From Thermoplasmata archaeon (GTDB lineage Archaea > Thermoplasmatota > Thermoplasmata > Lutacidiplasmatales > UBA184): a DNA stretch of 63,927 nucleotides. The notes beneath the pieces are model-generated. The model had not been told where the DNA came from and did not search any database. It saw nothing but the letters and a program-made list of their open reading frames with translations. The DNA lies in contig JAKIVR010000004.1 in the NCBI GenBank assembly GCA_022750455.1, positions 1 to 63,927 on the forward strand, given 5' to 3'. Positions 9,617-18,425 of this stretch are shown in pieces. The position numbers and the translations under genes are program-made. Each line of letters begins with the position of its first letter. The stretch's first letter is position 1.

Positions 9617-10578
9617 CCGTGGGGTCGCCGGCGCTTCCCCCAGCCGCCCGCCGCATCTTGCGACACGATCGGGGCGAGCTCGCTCGGACGATCTCCGCGG
9701 TCGAGAACCATGATCCGCGGGTGCTCCCCACGATCCGCGCGCTGTATCCCCACACCGGGCATGCGCTGGTCGTGGGCATCGCCGGACCGCTCGGCGTCGG
9801 AAAATCGTCGTTGATCAACGTGATCCTGGAGCATCTCCGAAGCCTCGGCAAGACGGTCGGGGTGATCGGCGTCGACCCCTCCAGCCCGTTCTCGGGGGGC
9901 TCCGTGCTCGGGGACCGGATCCGGATCGATCGACCGTCGAAGGACGACGGGGTCTACTTCCGCTCCATGGCGAGCCGCGGACACGCCGGCGGCATCGCGG
10001 CGACGACCCGGGAGGTGTCGCGCCTCCTCGACGCGTTCGGATTCAACGTCGTTCTCGTCGAGACGGTCGGGAGCGGCCAGGTCGACGTGGAGATCCGACA
10101 GGTCGCCTCCACGAGCGTCGTGGTCCTCGTCCCGCATCTCGGGGACGAGGTCCAGAGCCTCAAGGCCGGCCTCTTCGAGATCGCGGACGTCTTCTGTGTC
10201 AACAAGGCGGACCTCCCGGGCGCCGACGGCGCGGCCCGCTACCTTCAGGAGATGGCCGGCCTCGCGCTCCGCGCCGACGGGTGGCGACCGAAGGTAGTGC
10301 AGGCCTCGGCGGTCGCCCGCAGCGGGATTGCCCAGCTCTGGGACGCGATCGAGGCGCACGAGGCGCACCTCGATTCGACCGGCCAGCGCGCGAGCGCGCA
10401 GCGGGCGCGGTTGAAGGCCGAGATCGTGGAGCTGGCCCGGGAGGCGTTGGTCGAGCGCTGGAGCGACCGGTTGAGTCGGAATGCCGAGCTCGGACGGCTC
10501 TTGGACCAGGTCGAGAGTCGTCAGGTCGACCCCCATACCGCCGCCGACCGCCTGTTGCGCAAGCTCGGGTCGCCATGA
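9613..10578 (+). CDS. meaB: MeaB/ArgK GTPase metallochaperone
   Basis: GPLGVGKSS, VDPSSPFSGGSVLGDRIR, ETVGSGQ, QSLKAG, VNKAD; GTGA overlap with B12 subunit gene. Confidence 0.93.
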   Translation: MTVGSPALPPAARRILRHDRGELARTISAVENHDPRVLPTIRALYPHTGHALVVGIAGPLGVGKSSLINVILEHLRSLGKTVGVIGVDPSSPFSGGSVLGDRIRIDRPSKDDGVYFRSMASRGHAGGIAATTREVSRLLDAFGFNVVLVETVGSGQVDVEIRQVASTSVVVLVPHLGDEVQSLKAGLFEIADVFCVNKADLPGADGAARYLQEMAGLALRADGWRPKVVQASAVARSGIAQLWDAIEAHEAHLDSTGQRASAQRARLKAEIVELAREALVERWSDRLSRNAELGRLLDQVESRQVDPHTAADRLLRKLGSP

Positions 10579-11138
10579 GCGATATGACGCTCCCGCTCTG
10601 GTTCTTGATCGCCGGCGTCCTCGTCATCGTCGTCGTCGGGGGGTACTTCTTCTTCGGTTCGTTCGCCTTCGGCGCCGGGTACCAGCCGACCCCTCCCAAG
10701 GTCGTCGAGCGGATGCTGGAGCTCGCGGCGATTCGCCCCGAGGAGGTGGTCTACGACCTCGGGGCCGGGACCGGCGCGATCGTCTTCCGGGCGGCGCGCC
10801 AGTACCGGGCCCGACCCGTCGCCGTGGAACTGGAGCCGATCCGGGTCGCGTTCCTGCGCCTCCGCCGCTCCCTCTCCTCCGACCGGAGCCGGATCACGAT
10901 CCTCTGGACGGATCTCTTCCAGGTCGATCTCCAGCCGGCCGGCGTCCTCTTCCTCTTCCTGTGGCCCAGCGCGATGCGCCGGCTGAAGCCTCGACTGGAG
11001 TCGCAACTGACGCCGGGGGCCCGGGTCATTAGCCACTGGCACCCCGTCCCCGGGTGGACGGCCGCCGTCAACGATCCGAGCACGCGGGTCTACCTCTATC
11101 GGTGGCCCGAGTGCCGCGCCGCGGCTCCCCCCGTCTAG
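10575..11138 (+). CDS. Membrane-anchored class I SAM methyltransferase (FAM173/aKMT-like)
   Basis: N-terminal TM helix, YQPTPPKVVERML, YDLGAGTG; ATGA overlap with meaB. Confidence 0.8.
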   Translation: MSDMTLPLWFLIAGVLVIVVVGGYFFFGSFAFGAGYQPTPPKVVERMLELAAIRPEEVVYDLGAGTGAIVFRAARQYRARPVAVELEPIRVAFLRLRRSLSSDRSRITILWTDLFQVDLQPAGVLFLFLWPSAMRRLKPRLESQLTPGARVISHWHPVPGWTAAVNDPSTRVYLYRWPECRAAAPPV

Positions 11139-11275
11139 ATTCCGTGGACGTAGACCCAAACGCTCAGGCCGATCGCGAGCACGGTCACGGCGATGACGCC
11201 GCCGGCGATCCAACCGATGTACGTACCTTCGACCTCTCCGCCCTGGCGGCGCGGTTCGAAGGGAGCTTCGGTCAC
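11135..11275 (-). CDS. Small single-TM hypothetical protein (46 aa)
   Basis: GTG start overlaps the TGA of the upstream small ORF; clean TM segment YIGWIAGGVIAVTVLAIGLSVWVYV. Confidence 0.5.
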   Translation of the reverse strand: MTEAPFEPRRQGGEVEGTYIGWIAGGVIAVTVLAIGLSVWVYVHGI

Positions 11276-11496
11276 TGGCTCCCTCGCAGGAACGTGACCA
11301 GCCGAACGAATCCGACGGTCACCCCGTGGCTGGTCCCCGGGATCCCCCAGCCAAGGTCGCCGTTGATGCCGAGCCAGATGATCACGACGGTGACCACCAT
11401 CGCGACGACGAAGATCATCACGAAGAGACGGAGCGGATCCGGGGCCGGCGTCGCGGCCGGGGGAGCCCCGGGAGCTCCCGACGAGGTCGATGACAT
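11272..11496 (-). CDS. Small membrane hypothetical protein (74 aa)
   Basis: ATG 11496; TM segment LFVMIFVVAMVVTVVIIWLG. Confidence 0.55.
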   Translation of the reverse strand: MSSTSSGAPGAPPAATPAPDPLRLFVMIFVVAMVVTVVIIWLGINGDLGWGIPGTSHGVTVGFVRLVTFLRGSQ

Positions 11497-11614
11497 CAGC
11501 CCCTCGAGACGAACCCCCATTTTGAGCCTGATGTGCGAACTCGCCGGTCCTTTTCCTGGCCGAGGCGCCTCTCCGAGGGGCTCGCCGACCCGTTTCTCGT
11601 CCTCCAAAGAGTTT

Positions 11615-12427
11615 ATGGCGCCCCTCGATAGCCCCGTGCCAATGCACGACAGTCCGGTCGCGAGGTACCTAGCGGAGTTCTTGGGAACGTTCGCATTGCT
11701 GCTCTTCGGAGGAGGCTCCGCCGTCTTCTCTCTCGAGGCCGTGGACCCGCTGAGCCGCGTGGTCCTCGTCTCCCTCGCGTTCGGGTTCATCCTGCTCGCT
11801 CTCGCCTACGCCCTGGGAGACATCTCGGGCGGTCACTTCAACCCCGCCGTGACGGTGGCGGCCCTGTTCGCCCGCCGGATGCCGGTCAAGGACTTCATCC
11901 CGTACCTCATCGCCCAGGTCATCGGCGGTCTCGCGGGGATCGGCGTCGTCTACGGGATCATCAGCGGCGGACCGACGTTCGCCGTGACGGCGGCCAAAGG
12001 CGCGGCCCTCGGATCCCAGTGCTTCAGCGGCTACGGAGCTCCGGCGGGGTGCGGATTCGCGATCGGCTCGGTCTTCCTGCTCGAGGCCGCGTTGACGTTC
12101 GTCTTCATCCTGGTCATCCTTCGGGTGACGAGCAGCCGCTCGAACAGCTCCGGGAACCTCGCCCCGGCGGCGATCGGCCTCACCCTGGCCGTCACGAACC
12201 TCGTCGCCATACCGGTCGATGGGGCGTCGATGAACCCGGTTCGCTCGTTCTCCCCCGCGCTCCTCTCGGCGATGGTGTGGCCCTCGTCCGACATGTGGGC
12301 CCTTTCGGAGTCGTGGCTCTTCTGGATCGCCCCGATCGTGGGCGGGCTGCTCGCGGCGATGGCGGTGCGTGCCCTCGAGGAGTGGCACACCCAGGCACCG
12401 GCCGCGCCGGCGACCCCGACCTCCTAA
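11615..12427 (+). CDS. Aquaporin (MIP family, AqpZ-like)
   Basis: YLAEFLGTF, ISGGHFNPAVT, second box ASMNPVRSF; start 11615 or 11642. Confidence 0.93.
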   Translation: MAPLDSPVPMHDSPVARYLAEFLGTFALLLFGGGSAVFSLEAVDPLSRVVLVSLAFGFILLALAYALGDISGGHFNPAVTVAALFARRMPVKDFIPYLIAQVIGGLAGIGVVYGIISGGPTFAVTAAKGAALGSQCFSGYGAPAGCGFAIGSVFLLEAALTFVFILVILRVTSSRSNSSGNLAPAAIGLTLAVTNLVAIPVDGASMNPVRSFSPALLSAMVWPSSDMWALSESWLFWIAPIVGGLLAAMAVRALEEWHTQAPAAPATPTS

Positions 12428-12514
12428 GACGACAAACCTCTAGTCGGTCGGGCCGCGCAGCTTCCTCCGCGCGACCCGGCCTATCCCCTCGGCAGACCCC
12501 GGGGGAGTGCGGCT

Positions 12515-13390
12515 CTACTCCGATGACTTGGGGTGAGCGTGGCCCGAGCCCTCGGAGTGGTCGTGGGTCGCGGCCGGTTTCTCGGTCGGGGCCGACTCGG
12601 CGTCCGCGTCCTTCTTCGCAGCGGCCGACTTCGTCTCGGGAACCTCGGCCTTCGGTACGGCCGGGGTCTCGTACTCCTCGATGAATTCGATCGACTTCGG
12701 TTGGAGCGTGCGTCGCAACCGTTCGACGACGCGCGGCTTGGCGGCCAACCAGGAGATGTCGAACCGCGCCCGGTCCGGGAGCTTCGCCTTCACGACGTGG
12801 TTGTGGACCTCGATGTGGAACTCCGAGCCCCAGCCGTACAGGATGTCGATGACACCCCGCGCCTTCTCGGCGGGCTCGGTGATCGGTTCCACGACCTTGA
12901 ACGTGGCGCGGATCGTGCGGCCGGTGAACGGCGGGTTGAAGTCGACGCGGACGCGGGCGGCCGTCAAGCTCGACACCCGGCCCCGGCGGCCCTTGATGGT
13001 GAGGATCGTGCCGATGTTGAGCTCGGCGTCGTCCCGGCGCATCTCGGGCAGACGCTCGACCTCGTGCATCGAGAACAGTTCGATGAGCTTCGGATCCCTC
13101 TCCCCGAACGCGTCGGCGGGAGGGAACGTGTGGGTGACCTCCTGGCCGACCTTCGCGGCCGCAATGGCGGCTTCGATGCTGGCGGGGAAGTAGTCGCCCC
13201 CGAGAATGTGGGCGCGGGGCGCGAACGTGACGCCAGCGGCCGCCTTGTGGCCCGCCTTGTCGGCGACGGCCTCCCGGGTCGTGTCGATCAGCTCGGGCTC
13301 GTTCCCGCCCTCACTCCACAGCTCATAATCGAGAAGGACGAGCTCCTCGGTCTTGGCGGCGCCCGTCGTGGCCGCCTCACCCTTCGGCAT
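12515..13390 (-). CDS. FKBP-type peptidyl-prolyl isomerase (archaeal long type, SlyD-like)
   Basis: DYELW...LIDTT, PADAFGERDP, VRVDFNPPFTG; charged C-terminal tail. Confidence 0.85.
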   Translation of the reverse strand: MPKGEAATTGAAKTEELVLLDYELWSEGGNEPELIDTTREAVADKAGHKAAAGVTFAPRAHILGGDYFPASIEAAIAAAKVGQEVTHTFPPADAFGERDPKLIELFSMHEVERLPEMRRDDAELNIGTILTIKGRRGRVSSLTAARVRVDFNPPFTGRTIRATFKVVEPITEPAEKARGVIDILYGWGSEFHIEVHNHVVKAKLPDRARFDISWLAAKPRVVERLRRTLQPKSIEFIEEYETPAVPKAEVPETKSAAAKKDADAESAPTEKPAATHDHSEGSGHAHPKSSE

Positions 13391-13531
13391 GCCGCCGCCG
13401 AGCCGGATTCGTGCTTAACCTTTTCCGACGTAATACCGACCTCGGCCCGGGAGCCCCGGTCGCTCGCGCCAGGGCGCCCTCCTCCGGACCCCGGGCGAGA
13501 GTCGCCCCGCGGCCGGTCCTCGGGACTCCGT

Positions 13532-14563
13532 CTAGGGCTTCCCCGCACGGCCACTCCATCCGTAGTGGAGCCACCCCCGGAACGCCCCGTACAGGGTCGC
13601 CCAGCGTCGGGGGATCTCAAGGACGCGCCACTTGAGTCCGGGATACGTACGGTTCTCGGCGATCCCCTGGGCCGTGAGGAAGACGGCGAGGGCCCCGAGC
13701 AGTAGCGCCCCGCCGAGAAGGATGAGCTCGCCCCCGAGACGGGTCGGCGGCAGGATCGCGAGCACGCCTCCCACGACGAGAAGGAACGGAGCGAGCACGT
13801 ACGGGGCGACGCGCGTAGCCGAGGCCTCATAGGTCGTACCCCGCCGTCGCCACACGACGAAGCCCCCCTCCGCGTACACACGTTGCTTCCGCAGCAGGGT
13901 CCGGGTGGAGAGTCCGGTGAAGTCGTGGTGGACCCAGGCCTCCGGAACGTACACCCCGCGCCAGCCAGCGGCGAGGGCGCGGACGGCGATGTCCTGATCC
14001 TCGCTGGCCGCTCGGCGGAAGAGCGTCGTGTCGAGGAGGCCCACCTCTCGGAAGAGGCGGAGACGCCACGCGGAGTTCCCCATCGGAAGTGCGTGGACGT
14101 TCGCTCGGGCCACGGTGTCGTAGAACCGTCGAAGATACCCGTCGTAATACTGGGCCCCGATCGTGGTCGCGGTCCCCGGAAGCCCCGGGGTCGGACCGCC
14201 GGTAAACCCGACGCGCGGGTCGTGGAACGGTCGGAGCAGCGCCTCGAGCCACCCGGGCGGGGCGACCTCGTCGGCGTCCAGGAACGCCACCAGCTCGCCC
14301 CGGGCCACGCCCAGGGCGACGTTTCGGCTCTCGGGGATGTTCCCTGGGGCGTCGACGTGGCGGACGCGGGCGTCTTTCGCGGTGTACTCGGTCGTGATCT
14401 GGCGGACGACGTCGTTGCCCCCGCCATCGTCGACGAGGATCTCGTCCGGTGGGCGGGTTTGGGCGAGAAGGCTGTCGAGCGTGCGCGCGACCCGGGGGTC
14501 CTTCCAGACCGTGACGATGATCGAAACCGTGGGGTCGGCCGAGGACGGGTCGGCTCCGGGCAT
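13532..14563 (-). CDS. Glycosyltransferase family 2
   Basis: VSIIVTV, ILVDDGG, SRNVAL, VAFLDADE (DxD), SEDQD; C-terminal TM; ATGA overlap with epimerase. Confidence 0.88.
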   Translation of the reverse strand: MPGADPSSADPTVSIIVTVWKDPRVARTLDSLLAQTRPPDEILVDDGGGNDVVRQITTEYTAKDARVRHVDAPGNIPESRNVALGVARGELVAFLDADEVAPPGWLEALLRPFHDPRVGFTGGPTPGLPGTATTIGAQYYDGYLRRFYDTVARANVHALPMGNSAWRLRLFREVGLLDTTLFRRAASEDQDIAVRALAAGWRGVYVPEAWVHHDFTGLSTRTLLRKQRVYAEGGFVVWRRRGTTYEASATRVAPYVLAPFLLVVGGVLAILPPTRLGGELILLGGALLLGALAVFLTAQGIAENRTYPGLKWRVLEIPRRWATLYGAFRGWLHYGWSGRAGKP

Positions 14564-15528
14564 CAGTGGGGGCCGAGTTCGGCCTGGAGCGTTGCGATCG
14601 CCTGGTCGACCGCCTGCTCCGAGCCGAGTCGAGGGGTCCAACCGAGCGCCCGGATCTTCTGCGTCGACAACAGCTGCCGCGGGATGTCGCCGATCCACCC
14701 CCGTTCGCCGCCGGTCATCTCGATGCGCGCGCTCCCCCCGCACGCCGCGACGACCTTGCGGGCGATCTCGCCGGCGGAGACCTGGGTCTCCGTGCCGAGG
14801 TTGAAGACATCGATCGGCCGTCGGGCCTTCTCGCGGCCCAGCAGGAGGCCCGAGACGCAGTCGGCGGTCCAGAGGTAGCTCTTCGCCTGGCGTCCATCGC
14901 CCAGGACCTCCAGCCGTGTCGGGTCGCGCTCCAACTTCTTCAAGAAGTCGTAGATCACGCCGTGGGTCATTCCGGGGCCGATGATGTTCGCGAACCGGTA
15001 GATCGTCCCCGTCATCCCGTAGGAGTGGCAGAAGGCGCTGATCATCGCCTCGGAGGCGAGCTTATGGGCGCCGTACTGGGACTGAGGCAGCAGCGGGCCA
15101 TACTCCTCGGGCGTCGGGAACACCGTGGGGAGCCCATAGACGACGCTGGACGAGGAGAAACCGATCCAGCCGACCTCGTGCCGCCGGGCCGCTTCCAGAA
15201 CGTGGAAGGTGGCGATCGTGCCGAACTCGAGGTCGAGCTTCGGTTCCGCCGTTCCTCGGCGGATATCTGGGTTCGCCGCCAGGTGCCAGATCTCGGTAGC
15301 TCCCCGGAACGAGGCATCGATGGACGCGGCGTCCCGAAGATCGGCCTGGACGAATCGAAACTTCGGGTGGGCGTTGGCCGTCCCCACGTTCTCCAGCCGT
15401 CCGGAGGAGAGGTTGTCCACGACCGTCACGGACGCGCCCTGATCGAGGAGCGCCCGGACGAGGACTCCTCCGATCGCACCGGCGCCGCCCGTGACGACGG
15501 CGCACCGCTCGCCGGAAACGTCTCCCAT
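14563..15528 (-). CDS. NAD-dependent epimerase/dehydratase (UDP-glucose 4-epimerase-like)
   Basis: VTGGAGAIG, VDNLSSG, SSSVVYG, YGAHK (YxxxK). Confidence 0.92.
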   Translation of the reverse strand: MGDVSGERCAVVTGGAGAIGGVLVRALLDQGASVTVVDNLSSGRLENVGTANAHPKFRFVQADLRDAASIDASFRGATEIWHLAANPDIRRGTAEPKLDLEFGTIATFHVLEAARRHEVGWIGFSSSSVVYGLPTVFPTPEEYGPLLPQSQYGAHKLASEAMISAFCHSYGMTGTIYRFANIIGPGMTHGVIYDFLKKLERDPTRLEVLGDGRQAKSYLWTADCVSGLLLGREKARRPIDVFNLGTETQVSAGEIARKVVAACGGSARIEMTGGERGWIGDIPRQLLSTQKIRALGWTPRLGSEQAVDQAIATLQAELGPH

Positions 15529-15606
15529 CGACTTCACCGATTTGGGGAAGGCTATTTAATGGGACATCTCCCTACAATGGGTCGCACCACTGGGCTCGGA
15601 GGTTGC

Positions 15607-15831
15607 ATGCGGACCTACGTGCGAATGATTTTTGACTCGGAGGGCGCCCCTCCGGCCGAGGTGCTGCGCGTGATGCGACAGCTCGGGTTCGAGGAGTCGA
15701 TGGGGATGCACGACTTCGTGTATACTTGGAAGGAGCGCGTGGCCCTCGACCAGGTCCTCCTGCTGGTCGGACGGTTGCACACGGGTATCCACGGTCTGCG
15801 GGTCCACTACGAGATCACGACGGTCAGCTGA
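15607..15831 (+). CDS. Small hypothetical protein (74 aa)
   Basis: ATG after GGAGG; MRTYVRMIFDSEGAPPAEV...; protein-like composition; first of three tightly spaced genes. Confidence 0.65.
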   Translation: MRTYVRMIFDSEGAPPAEVLRVMRQLGFEESMGMHDFVYTWKERVALDQVLLLVGRLHTGIHGLRVHYEITTVS

Positions 15832-15837
15832 AACGTC

Positions 15838-16224
15838 ATGGCGCAAGGACATCCCGAAGAGGTTCCCGTTGGCGGGTTGGAGCGTCAGATCCTCGTCCAC
15901 CTCCTCGAACACCGCGGCCACGTGATCCGCTTCGAGGCCGACGCCGGCACGACCGAGTTCGGGATCATCCGCAAGTTCCCCGTCGAAGGGGTCTCCACGG
16001 TTCGTGGGGCATTGCGGAACCTCGAGATGTACCGGTGGATCTACCGCCGGATGCAGTACGTGATCGGCTACAGCGAGCCGAAGCTCGTCTACATGTTGAC
16101 CCCCGGTGGCCACCGATTGGCGACCGATCTCGACCGCGAAGGCGTCACGGCGTCAAGCGGGATCCGGGAGCGGGACCTTCACCGACCCCCCGCGACGACC
16201 GACGCCCGGGAGAATCCGGAGTGA
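15838..16224 (+). CDS. Winged-helix (PadR-like) hypothetical protein
   Basis: STVRGALRNLEMYRWI...KLVYMLTPGGHRL resembles wHTH recognition helix and wing. Confidence 0.6.
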   Translation: MAQGHPEEVPVGGLERQILVHLLEHRGHVIRFEADAGTTEFGIIRKFPVEGVSTVRGALRNLEMYRWIYRRMQYVIGYSEPKLVYMLTPGGHRLATDLDREGVTASSGIRERDLHRPPATTDARENPE

Positions 16225-16778
16225 GCGTGCGGACCCCGACCCTCGAAGGGGCCCGGGTCAACCTCCGGGCACCCGAGGCCCGAGACCACGAACAGATGTT
16301 CTCCTGGTACAACGACCCGGAGATCGTCTCGCCCTTCGACCGGTTCGAGCTCGACGGATTCGATGACTTCCTGGCGTCGCTGCGAGCCACACCGGATGAT
16401 CCCAGATCCACGGCCCCCCGGTTCGTCATCGAGGACCGGGCGCGGCACGAGATGCTCGGCTTCGTCGGGCATTATGAAGCGCACCCGGTCCTCGCGGAAG
16501 TCGACATCTGGTACGTGATGGGTCGGGTCGCCTCCCGGGGCCAGGGGCTTGGGAGCGAGGCGGTCGGGCTCCTCGTCGACCATCTGCTGGCGACGGGCCC
16601 CGCCCCCCGGGTGGGGGCGACGTCCGATGTGGAGAACGTCGCGTCCACGAAGCTGTTGGAACGCGTCGGATTCCGGCGCGAGGGGACGATCCGTTCCGTT
16701 CTGTTCCATCACGGCCGATGGCACGACGTATTCCTGTACGGCATCACGAAGGCGGAGCGCCCGACCCCGGCTCCTTGA
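16221..16778 (+). CDS. GNAT acetyltransferase, RimJ/RimL type
   Basis: SRGQGLGSEAV, ENVASTKLLERVGFRREG, HGRWHD; GTGA overlap. Confidence 0.9.
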   Translation: MSVRTPTLEGARVNLRAPEARDHEQMFSWYNDPEIVSPFDRFELDGFDDFLASLRATPDDPRSTAPRFVIEDRARHEMLGFVGHYEAHPVLAEVDIWYVMGRVASRGQGLGSEAVGLLVDHLLATGPAPRVGATSDVENVASTKLLERVGFRREGTIRSVLFHHGRWHDVFLYGITKAERPTPAP

Positions 16779-17499
16779 GACGGAACGACACTCGGTCGAT
16801 GGGGCCGGTGGTCGGAACCGGCGTGAACTCGATCGAACCGATCTCCCCGGTCCGCCGAACGTGGGTCCCTCCGCAGGGGACGGTGTCGATCCCCTCGATG
16901 GCGATCAGGCGGACCCGAGTGACGGATCGGGGGAGCGGCGCGAGTCCGGAACGGGCCGCGGGAGTCGCCTCGTACTCGTCCCTCGGCACGAACCGGATCC
17001 CCACCGTCAGATCCTCCCGGACCCGGTCGGCCGTCGAGCCGCGGATGGCGTCCCATGTGCCCGAGTCCGCGAGCGGATGTTCCAGCTCGATCGACGAGCT
17101 CTCCGCCCCGATCGTCGCGCGACGCGTTCGGGTCCCGGTCCGGGAGAAGATGAGCGAACTCGTCAGGTGCTGGGCGGTGTGCGCCCGCATGTGTCGATAC
17201 CGAAGCTCCCAGTCGATCGACCCCTCGAGCTCGTCGCCGACCGCGACCAGCCGGGGCGGGCGTCGGAGTTCGGTGACGCGGTGGATCACGGCCTCCCCGC
17301 GGTGCTGCACCTCCGTGATGGCCCACTCTCCGCCCTCGGAGTTTCGAAGGATCCCCCGATCGGAGGGTTGGCCGCCTCCGGCGGGAAAGAAGAACGTGCG
17401 ATCCAAGACCAACGCCCCGGGAGGACGCGCCTCCACGCGGGCCCGAAAGGCGCGGACGTAGGCGGCCTCGGGATCCGCGATGCAGGCGATCTCGGTCAT
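16744..17499 (-). CDS. alaX: Alanyl-tRNA editing protein AlaX
   Basis: LDRTFFFPAGGGQPSD, HMRAHTAQH (HxxxH), PCGGTH (CxxxH). Confidence 0.92.
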   Translation of the reverse strand: MTEIACIADPEAAYVRAFRARVEARPPGALVLDRTFFFPAGGGQPSDRGILRNSEGGEWAITEVQHRGEAVIHRVTELRRPPRLVAVGDELEGSIDWELRYRHMRAHTAQHLTSSLIFSRTGTRTRRATIGAESSSIELEHPLADSGTWDAIRGSTADRVREDLTVGIRFVPRDEYEATPAARSGLAPLPRSVTRVRLIAIEGIDTVPCGGTHVRRTGEIGSIEFTPVPTTGPIDRVSFRLKEPGSGAPPS

Positions 17500-17627
17500 C
17501 TTCGCCGGGAAACCGCGCGGCGGGAAGAGGCTGCGCCCCGAATCGAGTCCCTGTCGCGCGAACCCACAATCCACCCGAAGCGCAACGGTTTTGAAGGGTG
17601 CCCTTCTCCGCCGACCTGAGGTTTCGA

Positions 17628-18371
17628 ATGTTCCGTGCTCGTATCCGGATGGAGGTCCTTCGCGAGGCGGTGGAGGTCATCTCCACGCTGGTGACCGAGG
17701 TCAAGATCACCGTCTCCAAGGATGGGCTGGAAGTTCGGGCCGTTGACCCGTCCCACGTCGCCATGCTCGTCCTCAAGCTCCAGACCGCGGCGTTCGAGGA
17801 GTTCGTCGGCGAGTCGACGGAGATCGGCCTCGACGTCGAGAAGCTTCGGGACCTGATCCGGCTCGCGAAGCCCGGAGATATCGTCTCGCTCCAGTTCGAC
17901 CAGACCAAGAGCCGACTCGTCTGCCACGTCGGCAAGCTGACCCGGTCGATGTCCGTCGTCGACCCCGCCGGGATCACCGACCCGAAGGTCCCCAACGTCT
18001 CGCCCCCCGGGATCGCCGTCGTGAAGATGGACGAGCTCCGTCAAGGGATCCGCGGCAGCGAGTCGATCTCCGACCACGTGACGCTCACCCTCGAGCCGTC
18101 CGGCTTCACGCTCCACTCCGAGGGCGAGACCGACCGGGACCAGGTCGACCTCCATATCCCGAAGGAGTCGCTCGGCAAGCTCGAGGTCAAGGAGACGGTC
18201 CGTAGCATGTACCCCCTCGACTTCTTTTCGAACATGATCAAGTCGATCACCTCGGCCGACGAGGCGACCCTCCACCTCGGCAACGAATACCCGCTGAAGA
18301 TCGATTTCTCGATCGCGGGCGGCCACGGGGAGGCCAAGTTCCTGCTGGCGCCCCGCGTCGAAGAAGAGTGA
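17628..18371 (+). CDS. pcn: DNA polymerase sliding clamp PCNA
   Basis: VRAVDPSHVAM, NEYPLKIDF, FLLAPRVE. Confidence 0.96.
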   Translation: MFRARIRMEVLREAVEVISTLVTEVKITVSKDGLEVRAVDPSHVAMLVLKLQTAAFEEFVGESTEIGLDVEKLRDLIRLAKPGDIVSLQFDQTKSRLVCHVGKLTRSMSVVDPAGITDPKVPNVSPPGIAVVKMDELRQGIRGSESISDHVTLTLEPSGFTLHSEGETDRDQVDLHIPKESLGKLEVKETVRSMYPLDFFSNMIKSITSADEATLHLGNEYPLKIDFSIAGGHGEAKFLLAPRVEEE

Positions 18372-18425
18372 TCGGACGCCGCCCGGCGTCATCCTCATAA
18401 TCCTCGGCCCGATTCGAGCGGTCGT

